Below are positions 14,212-23,000 of a stretch of DNA of 24,000 bases, in pieces. This DNA is from Halanaerobiales bacterium. GTDB lineage: Bacteria; Bacillota; Halanaerobiia; Halanaerobiales; JADQBU01. The notes beneath the pieces are model-generated. The model saw nothing but the letters and a program-made list of their open reading frames with translations. It made no database searches and was not told where the DNA came from. The stretch lies in the NCBI GenBank assembly GCA_016278435.1, contig JADQBU010000416.1, positions 1 through 24,000 of the forward strand, given 5' to 3'. Each line of letters opens with the position of its first letter. The first letter of the stretch is position 1. The translations under genes and the position numbers were made by a program.

Positions 14212-15810
14212 TTAGTCCTCTTTTGTCTTGATATCCCTCTTCATCCGGTAGCCCTTTTCAATGTAGTCAAAGTGGTCTACCATCAATGAACGTGGTCTAA
14301 ACCACATTGCCCAGATGGGCACCCGGATAAAGGTGTCTTTTAAGTCCATACCATAGAGGGGAGAAAAGGGGGCCATATACGGGATGCCAAAGGATCTTAA
14401 AGTACACATGTGAATATAGATAATAATATAGGCCAGCATTATCCCCATATATCCCATTATATTGGCAGCGATAAGCAAAAAAATACGGATAATGGGAATT
14501 GTCCCTCCCAGCGGCGGCAAAATAAAACTTGTAATGGCTGTTATAGCAGTCACCATTATCACCGGATTGCTGGCAATCCCTGCCTCGACTGCAGCCTGCC
14601 CCAGTACCAATGCCCCCACAATACTGATTGCCTGACCAATTGGACGGGGCATTCTCACTCCCGCTTCTCGTAACAGCTCATAGGTAACGCCCATCAACAG
14701 GGTTTCGGTAAACACTGAAAAGGGAATCCCCTCTCTTGACTGAGCGATAGTTAACATCAATTTAAAGGGAATCACGTCCTGATGGAAGGCTACCGAAGCC
14801 ACATAATAAGCCGGCAGCGAACTGGTTATCAATAAAGCCAGCAACCTGAGCCAGCGTACCAGGGTGGAAAAATAGGGACGGGAATAATAGTCCTCAGCTG
14901 AAATAAGCGATTCGATAAATAGATGGGGCATTGTCAGCACAAAGGGGGTTCCGTCACACATAACTGCTGCTCTGCCTTCCAGAATCTTACCGGCGACTAC
15001 ATCCGGTTTCTCACTATTAGCTATTGTCTGAAATATTGAAAAGGGTGCATCTTCAATGAATTCCTCAAGATAACCCGATTCTAAGATAGCATCTGTTTTA
15101 ATCTTTTCCAGGCGTCTTTTCAAAGTTCGGACAATGTCCTCATGGATTAAACCTTTAATATAACAGATGCAGATATCTGTGTTTGTCTGTTTGCCCAGAG
15201 TCATCATTTCGAATTTAAGATTGGGATTTTTAATCTTCCTTCTTAACAGAGCACTGTTTGTCCTGAGGGTCTCGGTAAACCCTTCCCTGGGTCCACGGAC
15301 AACCACCTCTGTATCCGGTTCTTCCACACCCCTGGTTTCCCAGCCCCAGGTTCCCACTTTCAGGGCAACCCTTTTCCCGTCCACAAATATTACAGTATCT
15401 CCTGTTAAAATTAAGTTGACTGCCGGCTTAAGCCGGGTAACATCAGATATTTCACTGACACTTAATACTTTTTCTTTGAGGTAATTTATAACATCTATAT
15501 AGTTATTATCTCCCGGTATATCTGTTTCGCAGGTAGACTCCATCATAATTGGTTTTATAACATCCCGATTAATCAGGTCCTTGTCAACTAACCCGTCCAG
15601 ATAGGCAATAACCAACCGGGTATGGTTTTTTGCTGGCAGCACAACCTCTCGAAGATTAAAATCACTGCATTCGCTGAAGATCTCTAGTAAAAGTGTTTTA
15701 ACCTTATCAATACTTTCCGGCAACAATTCTTCAGCCTGGTTCTTTTCTTTATTATCGTTCTGCCGCTTTAATTTTAAAAACTCGAATATCCGCAAAAATT
15801 TTTTAAACAC
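14212..15810 (-). CDS. Spore germination receptor A subunit (GerAA/GerKA family)
   Basis: 532 aa with GTG start. A soluble N-terminal domain is followed by C-terminal TM helices. Motifs DGLVDKDLINRDVIKPI, VRGPREGFTE.L..N..LLRRKI and ESGYLEEFIED are typical of the family. Confidence 0.9.
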   Translation of the reverse strand: MFKKFLRIFEFLKLKRQNDNKEKNQAEELLPESIDKVKTLLLEIFSECSDFNLREVVLPAKNHTRLVIAYLDGLVDKDLINRDVIKPIMMESTCETDIPGDNNYIDVINYLKEKVLSVSEISDVTRLKPAVNLILTGDTVIFVDGKRVALKVGTWGWETRGVEEPDTEVVVRGPREGFTETLRTNSALLRRKIKNPNLKFEMMTLGKQTNTDICICYIKGLIHEDIVRTLKRRLEKIKTDAILESGYLEEFIEDAPFSIFQTIANSEKPDVVAGKILEGRAAVMCDGTPFVLTMPHLFIESLISAEDYYSRPYFSTLVRWLRLLALLITSSLPAYYVASVAFHQDVIPFKLMLTIAQSREGIPFSVFTETLLMGVTYELLREAGVRMPRPIGQAISIVGALVLGQAAVEAGIASNPVIMVTAITAITSFILPPLGGTIPIIRIFLLIAANIMGYMGIMLAYIIIYIHMCTLRSFGIPYMAPFSPLYGMDLKDTFIRVPIWAMWFRPRSLMVDHFDYIEKGYRMKRDIKTKED

Positions 15811-15953
15811 ATCATCACCGCTTTTTTACTTCTTTAGGTTATTATTGGTTATTATTGGCAATTATCAGAGAAACTATTCATTAAAGAAACGTTATTTTTT
15901 ATTAGTAAAAATGTTTTGAATATATTTGTTCTTCTAGATATAGTTATATGTTC

Positions 15954-16319
15954 TTAAAATTTGTGTTTGTCTGACGCTGGGTTTATTCTCCTTGCGGTAC
16001 AGTTTTTTATCTTCTTTACTGATAGTAGAAATCCAAGATAAGATATCATTCCCTGTTCAATATCAGGACTATTATTCCATTTTTCATCAGTTTTAATAAC
16101 TGTTTTACATTAGAGTTCTGCCAAATGGTCTCTATCCCCAACATGATAAAGGCTTCCTTCTGACTGATTTGAACGGAATACTTCTATATACGGAGGATTA
16201 ACTTTCATTATTAAAACAACAGAAACATTAATTAAATCAGCCAGTATATTTACTATGTTTTGCCACTTGCTGATAATTTGATCAGATATTTTAATATTTT
16301 TTACACTGGGATAATCCAA
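15954..16319 (-). pseudogene. Decayed GAF-like sensor domain gene with an in-frame TAA
   Basis: The ORF 16319..16110 ends ...HVGDRDHLAEL*. Reading through the TAA (16112..16110) in the same frame continues CKTVIKTDEKWNNSPDIEQGMISYLGFLLSVKK...DKHKF* to 15954. The TAA sits where related domains have Tyr in a conserved LYCETVI motif (from memory). The downstream part looks shortened and diverged. Confidence 0.45.
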
Positions 16320-16383
16320 TTTTAATCCCTCCCCGTCAAAAAATAAATATCAATATCGTTATTATAATTTTCCAAAATAGAAG

Positions 16384-16422
16384 ACCACTGACTACCCTAA
16401 AAACCGGGTCAGAATCAGTGGT
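16384..16422 (-). terminator. Hairpin downstream of the tRNA fragment (possible original tRNA terminator)
   Basis: ACCACTGA (16384..16391) pairs with TCAGTGGT (16415..16422). On the minus strand it is followed by CTTCTATTTTGG. Confidence 0.3.
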
Positions 16423-16501
16423 TAAATTTTGGCTTTTTATTAAGTTTTCTACGAAGAGCAACCCTTCTAATCCCCGTCACAACACTCTCAAGACACAAAA
16501 A

Positions 16502-16546
16502 TGGTAGGCCATCGGGGACTCGAACCCCGAACCCCCTGATTAAGAG
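16502..16546 (-). tRNA. 3' fragment only of tRNA-Lys(CUU), from anticodon loop to CCA: prophage att core, not a functional tRNA
   Basis: Minus strand reads CTCTTAA (anticodon loop, CTT), TCAGG, GGGTT, CGGGG-TTCGAGT-CCCCG (T arm), ATGGCCT-A-CCA. This is near-identical in pattern to Bacillus tRNA-Lys 3' halves as I recall them. The expected 5' anticodon-stem strand (CCTGA), D arm and 5' acceptor strand (AGGCCAT) are absent upstream. Confidence 0.75.
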
Positions 16547-16672
16547 GAACTGGACAAGCTCTAAAACTAACGTAATCTATTTTCATAATTGCTGATATTG
16601 TAGGCTTCATGCGCCTTTATGATGTCAGTTATTTCCAACTTCCCAAACCTATTTAACTGGTTTTAAAGATAC

Positions 16673-16694
16673 ATTGTTGTCAGTATTGTTGTCA
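16673..16694 (+). repeat. Direct 10-bp repeat ATTGTTGTCA x2 (candidate integrase arm-type sites)
   Basis: Copies at 16673..16682 and 16685..16694, between the att core and the integrase gene. Confidence 0.35.
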
Positions 16695-16725
16695 AAAAAC
16701 CCCCAGGTTTCCCCCCAGGGGTTTT
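16694..16725 (-). terminator. Terminator-like hairpin after the integrase gene
   Basis: AAAACCCC pairs with GGGGTTTT (16696..16703 with 16718..16725), plus inner CCCCTGG/CCTGGGG pairing with one mismatch. A T-run follows on the minus strand. Confidence 0.5.
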
Positions 16726-16747
16726 GATTATCTGCCTTGCTTTTATT

Positions 16748-17923
16748 TTATTGTTTTTTAGATCCAGTAACTAAATACATGGTCTTCATTTTCTTCTCAG
16801 CTTCAATGAGCATCTCTTCAGTAACATGTGAATAAGTGTCAATGGTAACAGTAATTGAAGAATGACCGAGGATCTGTTGCAGTATTTTTATAGAACCGCC
16901 ATTCTGTAAAAATAATGTTGAAAAGGTATGGCGGGTATCGTGGAATCTTATCTCTGGAAGTCCGGCTTCTTTAATGACCCTTTTAAACTCTCTAAACAAG
17001 TTCCTGGGGTCTATAGGATTTCCTATTTTATTGCTTCCAACTAGATCATTTTTTTTATTATATGCTTCCCCTAATGCCAGTTTGTTTTCCCCTTGCTTTA
17101 TTTTATGCCTTTTTAATTCTGTCACAACATCATCTGTTATGGGTATGGTCCTATTTCCCGCAGCAGTTTTAACTTTCTTAAATATCAAGCCCTGATCTGT
17201 ACGGACAAGTTGCCTATTAACCTCGATTCTTCTTTTATCAAGTGAAATATCCTTCCACTTTAATCCCAATAATTCCCCTCTTCTCATACCAGTATTTAAT
17301 GCTAGATAATGGAGTATAAAGCAATCATACCCCCTGGCAGTCTCCAGAAATTTGTTAACCTGACTTTTATCCCAGGTATGCAACTGCTTCTCATCCTGTT
17401 TTTTGGGGACTTCAACAGCCTTGCAGACATTGTTAGTTATCAATCGTTCTTTAATGGCCTGCTCAAGGGCTGCGTGTAATGTCTGATAAATATATTTAAC
17501 AGTCCTGGGGGATAAACCACCATCTCCATCTATCCTGCCTTCTTCCAGTTTATAATTGAGCAATTCCTGGACCTGCCGGGTTTTCAGTTCTTTCAGCTTT
17601 AAATCACCAATTTCTGGCTTTAAATGATTCCTGATCATAACTTTATAGTTATTGTAAGTGCTATATGCTAATGATGATTTGCGGCCTTCAATCCAACTGT
17701 CTAGCCATTCAGATAACTTCATATTACTTGGTTCAACATAGGTCCCATCAAATAACTCCTTCTTTAAATCGGTCATTTTTCGGGCTACTTCCTTGCGTTC
17801 CTTACCATATATATACTTCCGTTTCGGTGCTCCTGTCTTGGGATTTACTCCAATAGTGACTGCGCCCATCCACCGGCCATCATTCCGTTTAACAATAGTT
17901 CCTTCCCCATTACCTCTGGCCAT
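16748..17923 (-). CDS. int: Tyrosine recombinase, phage-type integrase
   Basis: 391 aa. N-terminus GEGTIVKRNDGRWMGAVTIG...RKYIYGKERKEVARKM is typical of Firmicute phage integrases. The catalytic region has GMRRGELLGLKW, RFHDTRHTFSTLFLQNG, LGHSSITVTIDTYSHV (R...HxxR...Y). Confidence 0.95.
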   Translation of the reverse strand: MARGNGEGTIVKRNDGRWMGAVTIGVNPKTGAPKRKYIYGKERKEVARKMTDLKKELFDGTYVEPSNMKLSEWLDSWIEGRKSSLAYSTYNNYKVMIRNHLKPEIGDLKLKELKTRQVQELLNYKLEEGRIDGDGGLSPRTVKYIYQTLHAALEQAIKERLITNNVCKAVEVPKKQDEKQLHTWDKSQVNKFLETARGYDCFILHYLALNTGMRRGELLGLKWKDISLDKRRIEVNRQLVRTDQGLIFKKVKTAAGNRTIPITDDVVTELKRHKIKQGENKLALGEAYNKKNDLVGSNKIGNPIDPRNLFREFKRVIKEAGLPEIRFHDTRHTFSTLFLQNGGSIKILQQILGHSSITVTIDTYSHVTEEMLIEAEKKMKTMYLVTGSKKQ

Positions 17924-18036
17924 GATTAATGCTCCTTTCTATATATTAACAAGATTAGATTTTAAAGTGGAATTATTTAACTAACTGGCCCGGGCTACAA
18001 AACCCGGGCAGAATGTGTTATAATGAAATTGGTAGG

Positions 18037-18285
18037 TCAGCCGATAGCTTCATATAATTTTTTGAAGTTATCAGGCTGGCTTTTGTATTCTTCAATAACT
18101 TCATTCCTTCTTTCCTCAGGTAAATTACTATTCACAACTAATAACTGCCGGTCTTCATCTTCATTTATAAAAAAACCATCAACTGAATCTAATTCGGCAT
18201 CCACAACTGTAAGAGATCCTACTGTATTAACTTTATTAACAAAACTTAAACTTTCATATTTACTCTTGGGTTTAATACCCATCAT
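18037..18285 (-). CDS. Hypothetical prophage protein (82 aa, acidic)
   Basis: Its start overlaps the upstream stop (TAATG at 18285), suggesting translational coupling. Same strand as int. No recognised motif. Confidence 0.5.
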   Translation of the reverse strand: MMGIKPKSKYESLSFVNKVNTVGSLTVVDAELDSVDGFFINEDEDRQLLVVNSNLPEERRNEVIEEYKSQPDNFKKLYEAIG

Positions 18286-18557
18286 TATAAATCCCCTCTT
18301 TCAGGTTTTTGATTGCAGTTTTCCTTCTTAATAGACAAATCAACTTGCGTGCTCTGTTGAACCATCCTATAACCACCATTAGGGTCATTTTGGACTGAAT
18401 AATTACCTGTTAAATTTACCTTTTTCCAGGATTCTTCACCCGCTAAACGGATGAAGAATCCCTGATTATCCTGATAAGTTTCTATGACCTCTTTATTTAA
18501 CCCCAGGACAGATTCAAATGTTTGGTGCTCTGATAGCTTCACTTGCTTACACTCCAT
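18285..18557 (-). CDS. Hypothetical prophage protein (90 aa)
   Basis: ORF on the int strand, coupled to the following ORF. No recognised motif. Confidence 0.5.
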   Translation of the reverse strand: MECKQVKLSEHQTFESVLGLNKEVIETYQDNQGFFIRLAGEESWKKVNLTGNYSVQNDPNGGYRMVQQSTQVDLSIKKENCNQKPERGDL

Positions 18558-18575
18558 TTCTACTTAATGGAATAT

Positions 18576-18878
18576 CTAACCGACTCTAACCTGATAAATA
18601 TTACTAAGCTCTCCCTGAACTTCATAACCGTAATACCATGCAAGAAACCAGTCTCTCGGAATTACACGTTTTCCTCCAATCTTACGATTAGGTATTGCCC
18701 TTTCGGGATCAGGCTCAGGATAGTCAAACTTGACAAGCATGTCGCTTATTGTTGTCGATCCGAAAGGCAATAACTTCTCCAAATCCTTTGGCGTTAATGA
18801 AAACGGCAAGCTTTTTCTGGACTCCTCAATACATTCCTTAAGAACCTCTTTTGTATTTGGTAAAAGTTCATTTTTCAT
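18576..18878 (-). CDS. Putative excisionase-type/MerR-like HTH DNA-binding protein
   Basis: 100 aa. LTPKDLEKLLPFGSTTISDML...IPNRKIGGKRVIPRDWFLAW resembles the HTH_17/excisionase pattern (L..g.s..ti..l....IP..kiG.r.vi.r..f..W). Its position in the lysogeny module fits this call. Confidence 0.45.
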   Translation of the reverse strand: MKNELLPNTKEVLKECIEESRKSLPFSLTPKDLEKLLPFGSTTISDMLVKFDYPEPDPERAIPNRKIGGKRVIPRDWFLAWYYGYEVQGELSNIYQVRVG

Positions 18879-18973
18879 TATTTTCCTCCCTTTTCAGTAT
18901 GTTTTAATTCATCCTTATTCATTATTATATATCTATACTTAATATATGTCAAGTTATATCATTCATGTTTATA

Positions 18974-19002
18974 TTGTTTTTTATTTATATATGTTCTATA
19001 AT
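18974..19002 (+). promoter_or_regulatory. Candidate promoter of the Cro-like gene
   Basis: TTGTTT (18974..18979), 17 nt spacer, TATAAT (18997..19002). GGGAAGTGA SD follows, then the ATG at 19024. Confidence 0.4.
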
Positions 19003-19023
19003 TATATTAAGGGAAGTGATCTA

Positions 19024-19233
19024 ATGGTAAAATTAAAAATTAAAGAAATCTTGGATGCAAGAGATAAATCAATGTACTGGTTAGCCAAGAAAACTGATTT
19101 AAGTTATACAGCAATTTACAAAATGGCCCAGGGTGAAACTAATGGAATTCAGTTTAATACCCTTAAAGAAATTATGCTGGCTTTAAATATTAATGACTTT
19201 AATGAAATACTGGAAATAGTACCTGACAAATAA
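19024..19233 (+). CDS. Cro/CI-type helix-turn-helix regulator (69 aa)
   Basis: MVKLKIKEILDARDKSMYWLAKKTDLSYTAIYKMAQGETNGIQFNTLKEIMLALNI matches the HTH_26/Cro-like pattern. The ORF-track start at 18946 adds an implausible Tyr/Phe-rich extension without an SD, so ATG 19024 is preferred. Confidence 0.75.
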   Translation: MVKLKIKEILDARDKSMYWLAKKTDLSYTAIYKMAQGETNGIQFNTLKEIMLALNINDFNEILEIVPDK

Positions 19234-19304
19234 AATATTTTTTAAATCTTACTCTGGCCAATGATGATATAATTATAAGTAAAAAAGATAACGTAGTTAT
19301 TTGG

Positions 19305-19414
19305 TGATATGATACCCTCTACAGTTGCCGGCATAATAGGTCTTATTAAGGGTACCCCCATAAAAGGTGCTTGATAGTTATTTGATAGTTAATTTGATAC
19401 CTTTTTGATACCCT
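19305..19414 (+). repeat. Phased TTGATA direct-repeat array (iteron/operator/arm-site-like)
   Basis: TTGATAGTTA at 19371..19380 and 19382..19391. TTGATACC at 19394..19401 and 19405..19412 (starts spaced 11, 12, 11 nt). The 9-mer TGATACCCT occurs at 19310..19318 and 19406..19414. Confidence 0.5.
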
Positions 19415-19425
19415 AAAATTAATAC

Positions 19426-19596
19426 TTAAAAAATCTCACCGTTAAAACATTTCTTTTTAAAATCGTTATAAAAAATTTCAGCTAATGGACCATAGAATTC
19501 CTCTTCAGTGATGTCAGGATTATGATCGACTATCTCTTCACTAATTCTTTCACCGGTTTTTCTGTCAATCACAACTTTCATTATTACTAATGACAT
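19426..19596 (-). CDS. Small hypothetical protein (56 aa), not in the ORF track
   Basis: ATG 19596..19594 is preceded by GGGGAGGAA SD. Reads MSLVIMKVVIDRKTGERISEEIVDHNPDITEEEFYGPLAEIFYNDFKKKCFNGEIF*. Confidence 0.4.
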   Translation of the reverse strand: MSLVIMKVVIDRKTGERISEEIVDHNPDITEEEFYGPLAEIFYNDFKKKCFNGEIF

Positions 19597-19655
19597 TTAA
19601 ATTCCTCCCCATTTTATTTTTATTGTATTACAGGCGAATACAGTATGACTTATTA

Positions 19656-19919
19656 TTAAGTCTCGTGTGAACCGTCTTCACCACCCAATTTGCTATTTGA
19701 GTCCTTCTCCATCTCTTTAAGCTTTTTCCTTTCTGCTTCAAGAGCACGCATTCCCCCTCGAGCAAGTATCCTATATGCATTTTTCCAACGTTCTTCTAAA
19801 TTATATTTCCGCTTTATTTCTGGATCAATTGAATTTAAATCAATAGGATATGTTATACCATCCATCTTTTTATTCTTATTATCTTTATTTCCACCATTTT
19901 TATCGGGCAATGATTTCAC
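19656..19919 (-). CDS. Hypothetical basic/charged protein (87 aa)
   Basis: ORF on the tape-measure strand. GTG start with weak SD. Low-complexity K/N/E-rich sequence. Confidence 0.4.
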   Translation of the reverse strand: MKSLPDKNGGNKDNKNKKMDGITYPIDLNSIDPEIKRKYNLEERWKNAYRILARGGMRALEAERKKLKEMEKDSNSKLGGEDGSHET

Positions 19920-20012
19920 CTCAATTCATATTATTTGAAGAGGACCAGGGAACGCACCTGGCCCCCTTTCTGAAAGCTCTCACTACTATTATGCCCGATT
20001 CTCTTAAGTTAT

Positions 20013-23000
20013 TTAAGCACTATCATCATCTTTTTTACGTCTCCACTCTTCAAACTCTCTGAACAGATCCTCTTTGTCAGAACCGAAGAACATATTATCA
20101 TGAGGAGCAAAGATATACTTATTGTTAATCGTAGTAGCACCATTGCCCGAAGTATCTGCTCCAGCATAATAATTGTCACTTTCAATCGTGCCAGTTCCAC
20201 CGGTTCCGGCAGATCCTTCGGCAGCCAACCTGGTATAATTAAAATCCAGCCCGGCAGACCGCAATCTATCCTGCAAAGTAGTGAGCATGTTCTGGATCAG
20301 TCCAAAATCCTGCTCCAGATTGCCAGAGAAGTTAATATTGGCTGTATCAAACCACTGCGCGAACATCCGCTGGTAGACTTCCGATTCCATGAACGCCTGG
20401 ATAAGTCCCTGGCGGGCATTGTCATAGATCGACTGTCCCATGGACTTTGTGAAGTCTCGATAATCTCCAGATTCCAGCGCTGTGCCCATAGCTCCCCGGA
20501 GTGCTTCACTGATGTTCTGAGACAACTGTGAAACCGGGAATATGGCATCGATTATATCATCACTTAACCCTGCATCAACCAATCTCTGTCTCAGATTCTC
20601 CCTGAATTCACTGAATTTCTGGCCTAACTCTTCAGCTTTCTGAGCGACCTGGATCAGTTTATTAATATCCAACAGCGAATCAAAGTTAATCTGGTCTCCG
20701 CTGGTTATCGAACCGATAATCTTGTCTTTCATTCCTCCAATCATTGGCCGCAGAATCTCGTTAATAAGATTGTTATTGGCCCAGAGGAATACACTTTCCA
20801 GTGAACTTTTGACCTGACCGTACAACGAGATTCCGACCTGCTTGGCCATATCCTTTCCACTGCCAGCAGCGTCCAGTATAGCTTGGTTTATATTGCCGGT
20901 GATGGACCCAGTACTCAAATCGAAAGCAGATTCAAGGGTGTCTCTCATCTTCTCCTTGACTTCTTTCATCATTGCATTGAGTTTTTTCTGGTAGTCGCTG
21001 GAACGGTAATAATCACCCATTGCCCCTACGGCTGCACCACCAGCTCCACCAATACCGGCGCCAATGGCTGCCCCGGCTGGTCCTCCAACAAAGAATCCTA
21101 TCACACCACCCAGGAGACCACCAATTCCTGCACCTTTCCGGGTTGCGTTTTTACGTCTCTCGGCCGCCAGTGATTCAGCGTAAGCCTGAGCAGTATCCTT
21201 CGCCTGATTGATAGCTCCCTGGTAATCATAAGATGCCATCTGCAGACTACCAGACTGACTGATGGACTGGTCGAATTTGTTAACTGCATCCTGGAACTTC
21301 TCGGCCGCCGCCTGGAACGCCTGGGCTGCTCTCTGAGCTGCGGATTCTACTCCGGAAATTATTGCATTTTTTACTCCATCCAGAATTGCTGTTATACCCT
21401 GGACTGTTCCCTGGGATAGTGAACCCAGAGCGCCTCGGATATTGCCGCCTTTGAGTTCAGACCAGGCCGTCTTGAGTTCCCCAATTACACCGGGTGCATC
21501 TTTCGTTCCGAAGAAACCGCCATTTACCCCGGAGAATGACCTCATGGCGCCAGTTACTCCGGAAATTAGTGCTGCTGTCGATTGACTAACACTATCTCCA
21601 AAGTCCTCCACTGCTGTATCTACCAGGTCGGCAAGCAGTGGTAGAAAGTTATTCCAGTCTGTTTTAGTTTGAGCTGGTTGTGTTGGATCCAGATTGTCTC
21701 GAATTTGTTTAAGAATTTCATTCCCTTTCTCAGCGTCCTGAATATACTGTTGCCACAACCGCGCTTGTTCATCTTTAGCTTCTCTGAAACCAGTTGCAAT
21801 ATCTATAAGATACTTAAAATGCTCTGTGTCTTTTGATATCCGAGCCAAGACGTTAAGCAATTTATTATTACTCAACCCGGCAGCACTCAATATCTGCATA
21901 TTAGCAGCTGCATGACCACCAGTTACAACATAATCCTGATAAGACAACTGCCCTCCTAATTTAAACCCCGGTACATTTCCGGAGTTAATTGCTTCAAGGA
22001 AAGGTCGCCAGCGTTTAGCTGCTTGAGCATTGATGACAAACTCCCCATTTGACAGCATAGCCGGGATTGAATCTGAAGTGGCAGTTCCAGGTCCAGAGAC
22101 ATATCCCCCGGTTGCAAAGTTATTCTGCAACCACTCTGTCATTAACTGGGGTAATGCAAGTGGACTCATATACCATAAGTTAGATTTCTCTCTTTGGACA
22201 TCAAGACTGAACTTTGGCTTAAGGTCAGCCCAAGTTTCTTTCCATGCCTGCTTCATATTATCCCAGACACCAAGCCAGTATTCTTTTGAGAATATTTTAT
22301 TGAACTGTTCCTTGCTCCACTCGGTTATATTAATAATCATATTTTTCCATTCAAATTGAGCTATTGTCCATAGATCCTGCCAGAATTGCTTGGTGAATAA
22401 CAATTCCATTCCTTCCTTGAAGTCCTTTTTCCATTCTTCATAATTAGTGACTTCTGGGTCGAATAAAACAGACAATGTAGCTCCAATTGTTAAACCACTA
22501 GCTAATGCAAGGGCAGAGCCTCCAACCGCAGTTAAAGCACTACCGGCTGCCATTTGAGCTCCCATTTTTATGAGTACCCCCTGAGCAATTAATTGAGCAA
22601 CCAAGCGCTTTAATATTATTGCTGCAGTTATTGCTGTAGTTATTGCCCCAATTCCTATAGTAAAATCAATGGTTAGATCAAGATTACCAATAGAGTTTTC
22701 AGGCGTCTGAAGATTTCTCTCCAATTCCCGCGTAACATTCGGGTCCCAGTTTGGATTTAGCTCGTGAGCATCTGGAGGTGCAAACCCGGACCCCATGAAT
22801 TCAACAAATTTCTGTCGCATCTCTTTCGATAGATCTGCCAGAGCTGTATCGGCTTCAAGTTCATACTCTTTCTTGAAATTCTGCCAGTAATGGTTGGCTG
22901 ATGTCGCTGCAGCTGCAGCATAATACTGGTCAGAACCTTCTTTAATATTCAGGGCCTCAGTTAATCCGTTAAAGAACTCCTGATTGGCTTCCTTGGCAAA

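Noticed and set aside
15837-15866. Tandem decamer GGTTATTATT GGTTATTATT GGCAATTATC just upstream of the gerA-family start.
   Set aside because: It is a short AT-rich tandem duplication. I could not identify a convincing forespore (sigma-G type) promoter or any regulator motif from it by eye.
16502-16580. A complete tRNA gene at this locus.
   Set aside because: Only the 3' 45 nt fold as tRNA. The sequence where the 5' anticodon stem (CCTGA), D arm and 5' acceptor strand (AGGCCAT) should be does not match. It is therefore called an att fragment instead.
17988-18022. GCCCGGG...CCCGGGC hairpin (about 17990..18010) followed by TGTTATAAT, considered as a terminator plus an extended -10 promoter on the plus strand.
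   Set aside because: No plus-strand gene is supported downstream (18023..18331 is antisense to a better ORF). The hairpin lacks a U-tract on either strand. It may simply separate the small ORFs from int.
18946-19023. ORF-track start at 18946 for the Cro-like gene (95 aa).
   Set aside because: The extra N-terminus (MSSYIIHVYIVFYLYMFYNYIKGSDL) is AT-rich-derived low complexity and overlaps the promoter-like TTGTTT-17-TATAAT. ATG 19024 has an SD and yields a canonical 69-aa HTH protein.
19335-19360. Possible second att copy: the reverse complement of GGTCTTATTAAGGGTACCCCCA resembles the CCCTGATTAAGAG part of the tRNA fragment (about 10 of 12 positions).
   Set aside because: The match is short, imperfect and in inverted orientation, in AT-rich DNA. 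The T-arm and acceptor parts of the 45-mer are absent.
737-22359. Many ORF-track entries lie antisense to, or nested within, larger genes: 737..937, 1689..1991, 2447..2782, 2514..2738, 3084..3344, 3361..3600, 4048..4269, 5290..5505, 10742..11014, 11901..12155, 13075..13380, 13933..14148, 14410..14673, 15167..15484, 16974..17195, 17665..17856, 17793..17984, 18023..18331, 18543..18773, 18730..18942, 19690..19938, 19850..20062, 20009..20200, 20100..20531, 20297..20548, 20883..21173, 21020..21211, 21101..21289, 22030..22359.
   Set aside because: Each overlaps a longer ORF that has recognisable family motifs or a signal peptide. They lack Shine-Dalgarno sequences, and their translations are low-complexity or compositionally odd (S/L/F/P-rich). 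This is typical of shadow ORFs.
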